A stretch of DNA of 29,320 bases from a virus (IMGVR_UViG_3300017778_005390:1-29320); one strand, 5' to 3'. Shown: positions 9,380-19,792, counted from the first letter of the stretch. A program made the numbers and translations. The notes: generated by a model not told the origin, from the sequence alone.

Positions 9380-12300
9380 ATGGCTATTGATTTCAATACG
9401 GAACCATATTACGACGACTATAACGATTCAGATCAGTTCTATCGTATATTATTTAAACCCGGGCGCGCAGTTCAGGCCCGAGAGCTGACCCAGCTTCAAA
9501 CAATACTTCAGAAACAGATTGAGCGTTTTGGTAAGAATATATTTAAGGAAGGATCTTTAGTTCTTCCTGGTTCTCAATTTTTAGATACCAAATATAGATT
9601 TATTAAGCTAACCAGTGCTAATTATTTAGATAGTGGTATCATAGGGCAAACTCTAATTGGTCAAACTACCGGTATAAGTGCAATTGTAGAAAATTTTACA
9701 CTTGCAGAAAATGGCGACCCACCTACTATTTTTGTTAAGTATACTACTTCAGGGAGTGGTACAACCGGAACTGTTACCGCGGTACAAAACGGGGAAGAAC
9801 TTAGAAATGCTGCAGGTAGTATAATTGTAACAGCCATCTCATCTGGTGCTACAGGATCTGGGGTTGCGTTTAATATTAATTCCGGTGTTATTTTTGCCCG
9901 TGGGCATTTTGTTTACTTTGATGCTCAAACTTTTATAGTTGAAAAGTATAGCCAAGTTAATAACATTATAGTAGGTTTTGATATTACAGAAGAAATTGTC
10001 ACCTCTGATGATAATAATGATTTACTTGACCCGGCTTTGATTTCTTCCAATTACTTAGGACCGGGCGCGGATAGGTATAAAATAGATCTTACTTTAGCCA
10101 AAAGAGAATTTACCCCAACTGTGGGAGATGATCCTAATTTTGTTGAACTTATACGAATTGAAGATGGATCAATAATTGAAACTAAAGATGTTGAGTATAG
10201 TATACTTGGAGATACACTAGCAAGAAGAACCTTTGATGAGTCCGGGGATTATGTTGTTACTCCGTTTAAAATCGAATTATTAGAACATCTTAGATCTACT
10301 AATGTTCAAGCCTCGCTGGCTGTTGTCAGAGACGGGGTATTTGAAGCAAATGCTAACGGTAATGCCAGCTTGTTCGTAGGAGTGGTGTCTCAAGGTAAAG
10401 CCTATGTTAAAGGTTATGAGATTGACTCTCTATCTTCTCGCTATATTAATTTTGAAAAAGCCAGAGACTCAATATCTGTAAATAATGGCTCAATATCTAC
10501 ACCGGTAGGTAATTATATTGAGGTTACTTCTCTAAGAGGAGTACCGGATATAACTAATATGGCCTCGGTAAGTTTTTACAATACATACACCGCTACCCCA
10601 GGTTCTGCTAACGGTACTTTTGTAGGGTCGGCGCGGGTAAGAGGATTAGAGTACGGTTCCGGAACAATTGGATCTAACGTCTCTTTATATAGACTTTATG
10701 TGTTTGATGTAGAAATGGAGCCAGGTAGGTCTTTTGATAGAGATGTAAAGCAAGTATTTTATGATAATACCTCTACCCCGGACTTTACCGCAAATATTGT
10801 ACCTACACTTGTAGAATTATCCGGTACAGTAACTACAACTGCAAACAGCAACGTTTTAGTCGGGGTTGGTACAAGATTTACTGATGAATTAGTTATCGGA
10901 GATTTTATTAATGTAGGTTCGTCAATATTAAAAGTAGGGGCGATTACAGCTAATACAACTATTACCCTATCTGCAAATGCTACCTCTAATACTACAGGGG
11001 TTATAGCATCTGTGAATACTGCTGTAGTTAATGAAGCTACTAATGGGGTTTATATATTCCCACTACCATACTCTGTAATAAAAACTGTAGACTCAACCAA
11101 TACAGAGACCATTTATAAGACCCGTCGTGCATATGCTAGAACTCTCAGTTCTGGTAACACGACCTTGACTGCAGGTACCGGGGAAACTTTCCCGACTGTA
11201 ACTACGGATAATTATCAGATAATAGCAACTTCGGGTACTTTTCAGGGTAATTATATTTCCCCAATTGGGAACGTGACGCTTGGTGGTGGAAGCTCCACTG
11301 CAACTATCTCGCTATCTGGATACACTTCTGATAGCGTATATATTGTTGCTACGGTAAATAAAACTGCGTCAGCAGCCGATAGAAAATTAAAAACTTTAGT
11401 ATCTAATCAAACTGTTGATTATACAACCAGTGCAACCGCAACCGCGACAGAACTAACTTTAGGTGTAGCGGACATATATAGTCTTACTTCTGTTCGAATG
11501 TCTGCTAATGCTTTTGGTACTGCATATAGTACCAGTAATGAAATTGATATTACAGAAAGATATACCTTTGATAACGGGCAGCGATCTACCCACTATGATG
11601 TCGGTCTAGTTATTTTAAAACCAGGTCAATCAAAGCCTACCGGACCCGTAAGAATTACATTCGACTACTTTACCCATGGATCGGGGGATTTTTTCAGTGT
11701 CTCATCCTACTCTGATATTAATTATAAAGATATACCTGTATATACGTCAGGTAGTGTAACGTATAATTTAAGAGATTGTTTAGATTTTCGTCCAAGAATT
11801 AATGACGCTGGTACAGGCTTTACTGGTTCGGGTGCAGTACTTAATGAATTTATTGATCATGAAGACGGTCTAACAACTGACTATGAATATTATTTACCTC
11901 GTATAGATAAATTAGTTTTAGACTCCTCTGGGCGCCTGAGGGTAGTAAAGGGTGTTAGTTCCCTTACACCAAGAGAGCCACCTACACCTGATGATTCAAT
12001 GCCGCTTTATTCCTTATCACAAAAAGCCTTTGTGTTTAATGCTAAGAAAGATATTGAATTAAGAGCATTTGATAATCGCAGGTATACAATGCGAGATATA
12101 GGTAAGATTGAAACCCGAGTTAAGAATCTTGAATACTATACTCAGCTGACATTATTAGAATTAGATACAAAACAATTTCAAATAAAAGATGCTCAAGGTT
12201 TTGATAGATTTAAAAATGGTTTTGTAGTTGATTCGTTCCGTGGACATGGGGTAGGTGATCCTACAAACCCAGATTATGGGGTAGCAGTAGATTCAGAGAG

Positions 12301-13720
12301 TCAATTAGCTAGACCTATTTGCTCACCTAAAGGGGTAACTTTACTGGAGTCTTCAAGTACCACCGCACAACGTACAAGTAATAACTACGTGCTAACCGGT
12401 GATGTAATTACATTACCATATACACATGAAGTTGTTATTGAAAATAACAGAGCATCAATAGAAGTTAATTTAAACCCCTTTAATATTGTTAACTATGTAG
12501 GTGTATTGAAACTTGACCCAGCCGTTGATAACTGGTTTGATGTAGTAAAATTACCCGACGTATTTAAAAATGAAGATGGTAATTATGATTCAGTTATTGC
12601 AGATGCAAAAGCTAAGGGTACGTGGGGGACTGTTTGGGGAGCCTGGAAAAAAGTAGGCAAGTCAAAAACTTATATAAATTCTAAAGGACAGACGGTTAAA
12701 AAAACCAAGAAGAAAAAAACTGGAACTCAATATACAGTAGTTGAAGTAATTGATACAGAGACATTTGAAGATGTAATACAAAGTGTATCTATCATACCTA
12801 AGATGCGGGATATAGATATTGGTTTTGTAGGCGAAGGGTTAAAACCTAATACGCGAGTCTTTGCTTATTTTGATGAAATAGATGTTACTAATTATTGCAG
12901 ACCTAACGTTGCAGACTATACTGCTAACGTAGTAGAGGGTATTAATACGGTAGGACTCAACACCGGTAATTTAATTACTGACTTTACAGGTAGGGTTGAG
13001 GGGTATTTTGCATACAGAGCCGGGACGTTTGATCTTAACAATGGTACAAAAACCATGAGATTAGTTGACTCCTCATATGATGGGATTGACTTTGAAGCTG
13101 CAGCTGAAGCTTTATTTACGTCAAGCGGTGAGCTTAGAAATGTAGCTGATGAGACTATATCTACTCGTAATGCTCGTATCGATACAAAGGTAGTGACGAA
13201 AAAGAAAACTACAAGAAAAATTATAGATACACCAGCCCCCGTAGGTGCTGGTGGTGGTTCCGGGTCTGGTACGGGTGTTCAAGCTCAGAAGAATTTTATA
13301 GATATAATATACAATTATGCTTTTGGAAGAGATCCTGAACCAGGTGGAAAAGCGTACTGGACAGCTATAGCTGCACGCTACGGTATAACTACTGCAACAA
13401 TACAAAATATGTCTGTTACTGTACCTATTGATGCTCGGGGTGGGATTTCGCCCAATGTAACGGCGTATAATGATAGTGCATATACAGTATATTCGTTTGT
13501 TAAAGACATTACCATTAGCGGTTTATCATCTCCTAACAACGAAAATGGCGGTAAAATTGCAACTAACAGCCTTACAGCTGAATGGGCGGCTGCTGGTTTA
13601 ACTATAGAACAATCAGCTACAAACGCTGCTATTCAAATAGTTGCAGGCGTTGCCAATAAAGATGCTGGTTCTTTTGCTTGGACCTCGGATGCTAAACAAG
13701 CTTACAACAACGGAATTTAA
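9380..13720 (+). CDS. Large virion structural protein, DUF4815/VrlC-like, N-terminal part, with a C-terminal DUF4214-like extension
   Basis: FN..PYYDDY, FYRILFKPGRAVQARELTQLQTILQ.QIERFG, GPGADR.KI, LARRTFDESGDY, YYLPRIDK, RYTMRDIG.IE.RV.NLEYYT.L and RFKNGFVVD.F. Confidence 0.88.
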   Translation: MAIDFNTEPYYDDYNDSDQFYRILFKPGRAVQARELTQLQTILQKQIERFGKNIFKEGSLVLPGSQFLDTKYRFIKLTSANYLDSGIIGQTLIGQTTGISAIVENFTLAENGDPPTIFVKYTTSGSGTTGTVTAVQNGEELRNAAGSIIVTAISSGATGSGVAFNINSGVIFARGHFVYFDAQTFIVEKYSQVNNIIVGFDITEEIVTSDDNNDLLDPALISSNYLGPGADRYKIDLTLAKREFTPTVGDDPNFVELIRIEDGSIIETKDVEYSILGDTLARRTFDESGDYVVTPFKIELLEHLRSTNVQASLAVVRDGVFEANANGNASLFVGVVSQGKAYVKGYEIDSLSSRYINFEKARDSISVNNGSISTPVGNYIEVTSLRGVPDITNMASVSFYNTYTATPGSANGTFVGSARVRGLEYGSGTIGSNVSLYRLYVFDVEMEPGRSFDRDVKQVFYDNTSTPDFTANIVPTLVELSGTVTTTANSNVLVGVGTRFTDELVIGDFINVGSSILKVGAITANTTITLSANATSNTTGVIASVNTAVVNEATNGVYIFPLPYSVIKTVDSTNTETIYKTRRAYARTLSSGNTTLTAGTGETFPTVTTDNYQIIATSGTFQGNYISPIGNVTLGGGSSTATISLSGYTSDSVYIVATVNKTASAADRKLKTLVSNQTVDYTTSATATATELTLGVADIYSLTSVRMSANAFGTAYSTSNEIDITERYTFDNGQRSTHYDVGLVILKPGQSKPTGPVRITFDYFTHGSGDFFSVSSYSDINYKDIPVYTSGSVTYNLRDCLDFRPRINDAGTGFTGSGAVLNEFIDHEDGLTTDYEYYLPRIDKLVLDSSGRLRVVKGVSSLTPREPPTPDDSMPLYSLSQKAFVFNAKKDIELRAFDNRRYTMRDIGKIETRVKNLEYYTQLTLLELDTKQFQIKDAQGFDRFKNGFVVDSFRGHGVGDPTNPDYGVAVDSESQLARPICSPKGVTLLESSSTTAQRTSNNYVLTGDVITLPYTHEVVIENNRASIEVNLNPFNIVNYVGVLKLDPAVDNWFDVVKLPDVFKNEDGNYDSVIADAKAKGTWGTVWGAWKKVGKSKTYINSKGQTVKKTKKKKTGTQYTVVEVIDTETFEDVIQSVSIIPKMRDIDIGFVGEGLKPNTRVFAYFDEIDVTNYCRPNVADYTANVVEGINTVGLNTGNLITDFTGRVEGYFAYRAGTFDLNNGTKTMRLVDSSYDGIDFEAAAEALFTSSGELRNVADETISTRNARIDTKVVTKKKTTRKIIDTPAPVGAGGGSGSGTGVQAQKNFIDIIYNYAFGRDPEPGGKAYWTAIAARYGITTATIQNMSVTVPIDARGGISPNVTAYNDSAYTVYSFVKDITISGLSSPNNENGGKIATNSLTAEWAAAGLTIEQSATNAAIQIVAGVANKDAGSFAWTSDAKQAYNNGI

Positions 13721-13722
13721 TA

Positions 13723-15531
13723 ATGGCAAATTATCTTATTGACCCTTTAGCTCAGTCCTTTTTTATAGACAGACCGACTACAATAACTAAATTAGACTTA
13801 TTCTTTTCATCGAGAGATACGGTCCTACCTTTTATAGTACATATACGAAAAAATGTAAACGGCTTCCCGGGGGACTATGTTATACCGTTTTCAGAAAAGG
13901 CAGTATACGGCGCTGATGTAAATATATCTGCAAATGCAAACGTTGCTACAACGGTGACATTTGATTCACCAATATATCTTGATACCGGTGAGTACTCTCT
14001 TACACTTGGTTCAAGTTCTAAAAACTATAAGGTATGGGTTTCGGAGCTCGATCAAACTGATATAGTTACCTCTACAAGAATTACCGAGCAGCCATATATT
14101 GGGACATTGTATAAATCTCAAAATGCATCGGCTTGGACGCCAGAACAGTTACAAGATTTAAAATTTAGATTATATCGTGGGGTGTTTAATACCAACGTAT
14201 CATCTACTATTGAGTTAATACCAGAGAACATTTATACTAGATCCGCCTTGGGGGCTGACCCTCTTGAGCTATTCCCTAATAGCTCCACAATGAGAGTATA
14301 TCATGAAAACCATGGACTTGTAAATAGCGGGTATGTAAAAATATCAGGTTTAGCTAATGCTGTACCTCTAGGTAATACTACTAGTTTTTATGGTATAAAC
14401 GTTAGAGCTCTTGACCAGGTAACATTCTCCGTTAGCAACGCAACATTAAATACATATACTGTAGATATTGGTACAACTCCTAATGCTAATGTATCAGTGG
14501 CTACACGCTTTGGGGGGTATGGGGTAACAGCTTCACAAGATATTCCATATGAAACCATTTACCCAGCTCTTGCTGCGGTTACCCCAACTAATACAACTTT
14601 AAGAACTCAATTTTTGGGTACTTCAACCTCTTTTGTGACCGATGCAACTTATACTGAATTAATTGAAGATGAAGAGATTGATTTAGAAGAAACTAAAATT
14701 CTAGCTGGAGATATAACTAAAGAAGAGGCGTTAAGTAATAATGAATCGTTAAAAGTTCGCGTGCTTTTGAGTTCCAGTGATTCCTATGTATCTCCTATAT
14801 TAGATACCAAACAACTTAACCTTACATTGGTTAAAAATTTAATTAATAATCCAACCTATTCATCAGAAAATTTATCTTACGATGTAGTTACAGTATCATC
14901 TAACGTACGAGTATCCTTAGCAAAAATATCTAATTCAATTGGGCAGTTTACGTTTAATAATACTAATGATAAGTCAAATGCATTAGCATTAGTAAGTGGA
15001 ACATATATTAACTTAAGCGGTAACAATTTAAGTTCTGGTAGTCAGTATAGGGTTATTCAAGTTACCGATAGTGGTGCTAATGTAAGAGTGGCGAATGTGT
15101 CTGGTTTAGATGTTAGAGCAGAACCAGTAGGCAACACGTTTGTAATTACCAATGGTCGTAAGTTTATATCAGAAGAGGCCCCATCAGGTGGGTCAGTCTT
15201 CTCTAAATATATAACACGTCAATTTGATTTTGTTAACCCTAATACATCATTTAACTTCCGTTTAGATGTTTATAAGCCGGCAGGCGCAGATGTTAAGGTT
15301 TATTATAAAACAAAGTTAGTAGGTGAAGCAGATATACTGGCAAATAAAGAATATGAAGAGTTAACTGATATTACTATGCCTACATCCCTATCGGATGAAT
15401 TCTATGAAGTAGAAAAACAAGTTGATAATTTACCTCAGTTTAATTCTATCGTACTTAAAATAAACTTTACTTCAACTAATGCAGCAAAAGTACCTAAAAT
15501 ATCCGATCTTAGATTAATAGCACTTGCATAA
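13723..15531 (+). CDS. Virion structural protein corresponding to the C-terminal part of DUF4815/VrlC-like proteins
   Basis: Begins with DPLAQSF, contains G.LYKSQNA.AWT..Q..DLKF.LY and SKYITR, and ends VP.I.DLR.IALA. Confidence 0.85.
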   Translation: MANYLIDPLAQSFFIDRPTTITKLDLFFSSRDTVLPFIVHIRKNVNGFPGDYVIPFSEKAVYGADVNISANANVATTVTFDSPIYLDTGEYSLTLGSSSKNYKVWVSELDQTDIVTSTRITEQPYIGTLYKSQNASAWTPEQLQDLKFRLYRGVFNTNVSSTIELIPENIYTRSALGADPLELFPNSSTMRVYHENHGLVNSGYVKISGLANAVPLGNTTSFYGINVRALDQVTFSVSNATLNTYTVDIGTTPNANVSVATRFGGYGVTASQDIPYETIYPALAAVTPTNTTLRTQFLGTSTSFVTDATYTELIEDEEIDLEETKILAGDITKEEALSNNESLKVRVLLSSSDSYVSPILDTKQLNLTLVKNLINNPTYSSENLSYDVVTVSSNVRVSLAKISNSIGQFTFNNTNDKSNALALVSGTYINLSGNNLSSGSQYRVIQVTDSGANVRVANVSGLDVRAEPVGNTFVITNGRKFISEEAPSGGSVFSKYITRQFDFVNPNTSFNFRLDVYKPAGADVKVYYKTKLVGEADILANKEYEELTDITMPTSLSDEFYEVEKQVDNLPQFNSIVLKINFTSTNAAKVPKISDLRLIALA

Positions 15532-15532
15532 T

Positions 15533-15751
15533 ATGAAAATGATTGTTAAAGACCACCCAGATTTAGTGAGAGATTCTCAATCTAAGGCTATAATTAGCGA
15601 AGATCGAAATAGCTATGAGGCATATGTTAAAGAGCGTAAGCTTAGAACAGCTATATCTGATGTAATAGGTGATGTAGATGGTCTAAAAAAAGACATTACG
15701 GAAATAAAAAGCATGCTGCAAATAATAGTGAGTAATATTAATGATAAATAA
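15533..15751 (+). CDS. Small conserved coiled-coil protein of T4-like tail regions
   Basis: The ATG at 15533, 1 nt after the upstream stop, is preferred over the TTG at 15524. V..HPDLVRD..SKAII is followed by the heptad LKKDITEIKSMLQII. Confidence 0.75.
   Translation: MKMIVKDHPDLVRDSQSKAIISEDRNSYEAYVKERKLRTAISDVIGDVDGLKKDITEIKSMLQIIVSNINDK
15743..15750 (+). promoter_or_regulatory. Late promoter-like box GATAAATA
   Basis: Overlaps the stop of the upstream gene, 24 nt before the ATG at 15775. Confidence 0.5.
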
Positions 15752-15774
15752 AACATCAAATACTGGAAGCTTAA

Positions 15775-16386
15775 ATGGCAAATTTAACCCTTAGACTAGT
15801 TAAAGGTTCCCCTCTCACTAATGCTGAGGTGGATGAGAATTTTTCTAATGTAAATAGCGAGATCACCGCGTTAACCTCTAACGTGGGTATTATAGGTAAT
15901 CTTACTACTACAAATAAATCTAATTTAGTAGCTGCAATAAATGAGATTGCCTCCGAGTCTACCAGTAATGTCAGTATTACTGGTGGTAATATTTCCGGGG
16001 TATTATCAATTTCTGCTGTTAATACTGTAACAGCAAATACTGTAACAGGAAATGTCATTACTGGTCCTAACATATACTCTACAGGTAATGTTACAGGTAC
16101 TTATTTTCTTGGAAATGGTTCTTTACTAACTGGCATTTCAGTTGACTCTACTCGTATAATTAGCGGGAACTCTACCTTTTATGTTACATCTAGTAGCGGT
16201 AGTATCTTCGGTAATGTTGCCGGGAATACAGTTATTACTATTGGTAAGGATGGGACATCAACAGCTAATATCCAAGTACTTGGCAATATAACTTCAACAG
16301 TAGTTAAAACCTCCAATCTTCAAGACAGTACTGGTAGAACACTTAAAATTCTAGATGAATCTAACGTGGTAATCTGGGGTGGATAA
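15775..16386 (+). CDS. Short tail-fibre/adaptor protein (module 1), C-terminus ...ILDESNVVIWGG
   Basis: The N-terminus L.LR..KGSPLT.AEVD.NF and the motif L.T.NK.NLVAAINE are typical of phage fibre anchors. The C-terminus is paralogous to 26596..26955. Confidence 0.75.
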   Translation: MANLTLRLVKGSPLTNAEVDENFSNVNSEITALTSNVGIIGNLTTTNKSNLVAAINEIASESTSNVSITGGNISGVLSISAVNTVTANTVTGNVITGPNIYSTGNVTGTYFLGNGSLLTGISVDSTRIISGNSTFYVTSSSGSIFGNVAGNTVITIGKDGTSTANIQVLGNITSTVVKTSNLQDSTGRTLKILDESNVVIWGG

Positions 16387-16389
16387 TAT

Positions 16390-18426
16390 ATGAACCCTGT
16401 TGCGTACAAAGGCAATGGCATTCTTCAGATAATGTCTCAGCCTGAATTTGAAAATCTTGCAGCTAATGTGTTAGAGTATATGGCTTCGTTAGATAACGGG
16501 GTTGGTGTTATTACCAGTAATGTCTATTATAATATTAATGCAAACGTAGGTGTAGCTATCTCCCCGGCTGTAAACGGTAAAACGTTTTGGAACCTTCACG
16601 TTGACGGGGATTTAATTCTTACCAACGCTAATGACTACACTATAACCCCATCCGGTACTGCCAATGTGGGTGTCTATTTGTGGGGTGGGGGTGGCGGTGG
16701 TCCATATTCTGCCGGGGGCTCACCAACCGGTGGCGGTGGTGGTTTTGTAGGGGGTAATGTTAGGCTCAATTCTGCAAACACCTTTACAATTCTCGTTGCA
16801 GGGGGTGGAAAACATCCTTTAAACCGAAATTCTGATGCCGGTGGTAATCCTGGTATCACATACGGTGCCGGGGGCACAACAACCAGCGGCGCTAACGGGG
16901 GATATGGCGGCGGTGGTGCCGGGGGATCGGCTATCGGTACCGGAAGTGCAGGCGGTGGTGGTGGCGCTTCGGGGTTATTCCTTGGTAGCGTAAAAGATAA
17001 CGCCAATGCTATATTAGTAGCTGCAGGTGGATCAGGTGGTACGTGGCGAAGTGCGGGTGGTCTCGGTGGTGGTGGTCTAACTGGAGGATTCGGGGGAACT
17101 GCTGCAGATGGAGGCCCAGGTACCCAGGTTGGTGGCGGTGCGGCAGGAGCCGGAGGTACCGGCGCTGATGCTGGTGGAGCCGGTTTTGGTGGTGGCGGTG
17201 CTGCCCCGTCAGGTCAGGGCGCAGGTACTGGCGCTGGATCAGGATACTATGGCGGTGGTGGTGGTGGTAACGATGATACAACCCCTGGTGATCGAGGCGG
17301 TGGAGGATCTAGTTATTATAATAATACCTATGTAATTGGTGGTATTACATATGCAGGCTCTACAATCATCCCAGGTAATGATGCATCTGCTAAACACCCT
17401 GGATTGGCTGGCTATGGAGCAGCATCTCAAGGCGTAAGTGGCGCTAATGGTGCAGTCGTTATAAGTATACTGGATGCCCCTATTACGCCGGCTTCTGCAA
17501 ATACCTTATCTGTACCAGCAAACTCTATATTAATTGGTACTTTTGATGATATAATACTTCAAAATGATGTCGGTATCCCTGGTGCTAATATTATAAGTCA
17601 GTCTTTGGTACTATTTCAAGAACTATCCGGTAATGCTATTCCAGAATCTAACCCACCATCTTTAATTGTTTACGACCCAAGTGATGAGGTTGATTCATTA
17701 AAAGGAGTATCAGCGGGGGAGTATGAATCTCTTGCAGCCAATATCCTAAGTTATTGTGTTGTAGATGATGGTCCATTTTCGTATGTACTAGCCAACACAG
17801 CACCGGCTTATGGAACATGGTCGGCAAAAGCTACATTGACTGAGAAAGCTAACTCTACCTCGGCCGGTAATGTAGTCTTTTTATATCAAAAAATCGCCGA
17901 CGACATATATACATATAATAAGCCTCTTAAAGTTAACGGTTCTACACTTCAAAAGTTTACAGATCAAGAAGTAAGAAACATTGCCAAGAAGGTACGCGAG
18001 CGCATACTTGCTACTAATATTGGAGAATATAGATTTCAAGAAAATGTACCAACAGAAGGAACCTGGGTTGCAAAGGGTAGTTTAGTAGATGTTAAATATT
18101 CCACCGTCACTGGTGGTTCCTTCGATGGTGCAGCCTTCACGGGTCCTGCATTTGAAGGGGGTGCATTTGCCGAAAGTTATACCGGTGCGGTAAATTATTC
18201 CGGTAATTATACAGGTCCAGATATCTCTAATTATATCGGTCCCGCTGGTACCTTTTCAGGTCCTGGTGAACGCGCATACCTCGGTCAATATGAAGAGACT
18301 ACTAATAACGTTATATATTACCAGGCATCCTTTGCAGATAGCTATATCGCAACATTCGGTGCGGCCGCGGTAGGTACAACAACAGAGACAGTAAAAACTT
18401 ATTATTTGTGGAGAAGAATAGGATGA
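16390..18426 (+). CDS. Putative fibre-tip/adhesin scaffold (module 1) with a large glycine-rich domain and a short aromatic repeat
   Basis: The VYLWGGGGGG...GGGGG...ILVAAGG.GG...GGGGSSY pattern resembles ALK/LTK-type Gly-rich domains. Three degenerate scaffold repeats; ends YYLWRRIG. Paralog of 26955..29009. Confidence 0.75.
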   Translation: MNPVAYKGNGILQIMSQPEFENLAANVLEYMASLDNGVGVITSNVYYNINANVGVAISPAVNGKTFWNLHVDGDLILTNANDYTITPSGTANVGVYLWGGGGGGPYSAGGSPTGGGGGFVGGNVRLNSANTFTILVAGGGKHPLNRNSDAGGNPGITYGAGGTTTSGANGGYGGGGAGGSAIGTGSAGGGGGASGLFLGSVKDNANAILVAAGGSGGTWRSAGGLGGGGLTGGFGGTAADGGPGTQVGGGAAGAGGTGADAGGAGFGGGGAAPSGQGAGTGAGSGYYGGGGGGNDDTTPGDRGGGGSSYYNNTYVIGGITYAGSTIIPGNDASAKHPGLAGYGAASQGVSGANGAVVISILDAPITPASANTLSVPANSILIGTFDDIILQNDVGIPGANIISQSLVLFQELSGNAIPESNPPSLIVYDPSDEVDSLKGVSAGEYESLAANILSYCVVDDGPFSYVLANTAPAYGTWSAKATLTEKANSTSAGNVVFLYQKIADDIYTYNKPLKVNGSTLQKFTDQEVRNIAKKVRERILATNIGEYRFQENVPTEGTWVAKGSLVDVKYSTVTGGSFDGAAFTGPAFEGGAFAESYTGAVNYSGNYTGPDISNYIGPAGTFSGPGERAYLGQYEETTNNVIYYQASFADSYIATFGAAAVGTTTETVKTYYLWRRIG

Positions 18427-18953
18427 CAACTTCAATTATTAAAGACCCTGAGTTTATCGATATACAGAAAACCAGAGTTAAATTTAAACTTGTAAAAGAG
18501 GGAGGCCTGGTAACAGTAGCCGAACTCGCTGTACCCCCAAATCAGGCGCGCGGTGTTAACGCCTATTGGGATAGGATTATGGATGAGTTTGATGTTGAGC
18601 TCATGCGTAGAAAAAGAAATGCCCTAGAATCTTCTAGAATTCAGCAACAAGAGTTCATGAAGAAAAAGCAGGCAGCTGGTATTGAAAATGAAAAATTAAG
18701 ATTACTCTTTGATGCTAAGATGAAGGCATTTGAACTTCCTTATGTTTCAGGTACAACAGATGATATTAAATCTGCCATTCGCCGTGCCCCCGACATAGGG
18801 TTCTTATCACTTATCTTAAATGATCTAATGAAGCAATATATGCTGGATAACGAACTATCATATCTTGACTTCTTAGATCGTATGGATGAATTAGAAGAAG
18901 AAAAAGAACTGGCTGAACAAGAGGCGGCACAAAATACTGAGGCAACAAGTTAA
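18423..18953 (+). CDS. Hypothetical charged helical protein (possible fibre assembly chaperone)
   Basis: The ATG at 18423 forms an ATGA overlap with the upstream stop and is preferred over the GTG at 18408. Coiled-coil-like middle, acidic C-terminus. Function is inferred from position only. Confidence 0.65.
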   Translation: MTTSIIKDPEFIDIQKTRVKFKLVKEGGLVTVAELAVPPNQARGVNAYWDRIMDEFDVELMRRKRNALESSRIQQQEFMKKKQAAGIENEKLRLLFDAKMKAFELPYVSGTTDDIKSAIRRAPDIGFLSLILNDLMKQYMLDNELSYLDFLDRMDELEEEKELAEQEAAQNTEATS

Positions 18954-18958
18954 AAAAT

Positions 18959-19792
18959 ATGAATATACATTTTAGTAATGGTCGGGAGAGTGATGAGGGG
19001 TTTATATATGTGGCAACTAGACACATTATGTTTTATGAAATGGCTCTATTTTCAGTACAGTCGTTAAGAGACTACCATAAAACAGCCAATGTAACTCTCT
19101 TTACGCATGAAAAGTTTGTAGACGAACGGGTATATAAATTATTTGATAAAGTTATAACTAATATACCTATACATCATCGAGCCAAAATGTGGGGAATGGC
19201 TAGGACCCCTTATCAAAGGACCCTCTACAATGACTGCGATTCCTTTATCCGACATGGGGATGTAAAGAAAATTATAGCCCATCTGGATGATGGTACCGAT
19301 ATGTTTTTTGGTACTTGTCTTGGATATACTGTGGGCAATTTGAAGTGGCTTTATATCGATAAAAAGCGTACAATAGAACCTAAGTATCACGGGTCATTGT
19401 GCGGCTATACCAAATCCGATCTTACAATTGATTTTATGCAAACCTGGTTTGATGAGTATTTGAAACAAATAACCACACCATGGGCATATGAAGATAATCA
19501 TAACAAAGAATGGAAGCAATTTGACATGTTTACCCTCTGGAGAATGACTTCGGGTAAATTTGCAGAATTTGATAGGTTTAATAATCTTAATATAAAATTA
19601 CTATCTCGTAGATGGAATAATACTGTACAAGATTTACCTGATGATTTAGATGGTCGTCCTGTTATTACTCAATACGACAAGACGTCTTGGATGAAGTTAC
19701 CCACTATTGGTGAAATATTAAAAGGCATAAAAGATGAGACCCGTACCCTTAAAATCCGATCATCTGCAGACCCTACTTTCGAATATAACTAG
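18959..19792 (+). CDS. GT-A fold nucleotide-diphospho-sugar transferase (GT8-like)
   Basis: GFIYVAT, A..S.QSLR, K......TPY.RTLYNDCD (DxD motif) and L...WN pattern. Confidence 0.72.
   Translation: MNIHFSNGRESDEGFIYVATRHIMFYEMALFSVQSLRDYHKTANVTLFTHEKFVDERVYKLFDKVITNIPIHHRAKMWGMARTPYQRTLYNDCDSFIRHGDVKKIIAHLDDGTDMFFGTCLGYTVGNLKWLYIDKKRTIEPKYHGSLCGYTKSDLTIDFMQTWFDEYLKQITTPWAYEDNHNKEWKQFDMFTLWRMTSGKFAEFDRFNNLNIKLLSRRWNNTVQDLPDDLDGRPVITQYDKTSWMKLPTIGEILKGIKDETRTLKIRSSADPTFEYN

Noticed and set aside
380-13405. Short or antisense ORFs inside baseplate genes (e.g. 1461-1799, 6337-6780, 7659-7871, 13121-13405)
   Set aside because: Fully nested within longer, better-supported genes and carry no recognisable motifs.
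16375-16392. C-terminal Gly-Gly of the adaptors as a ubiquitin-like conjugation tail, or stop read-through fusing adaptor and scaffold
   Set aside because: No E1/ThiF, E2 or JAB gene is in the window and no beta-grasp fold is evident. The downstream gene is in frame in module 1 but in the -1 frame in module 2, so there is no consistent recoding signal.
16674-17430. Pro-rich and His-rich ORFs (16674-17006, 17009-17281, 17239-17430 on -, 17108-17335 on +)
   Set aside because: Shadows of GGN glycine codons in the real + strand gene. The GC rise is explained by amino-acid composition and is not by itself evidence of transfer.
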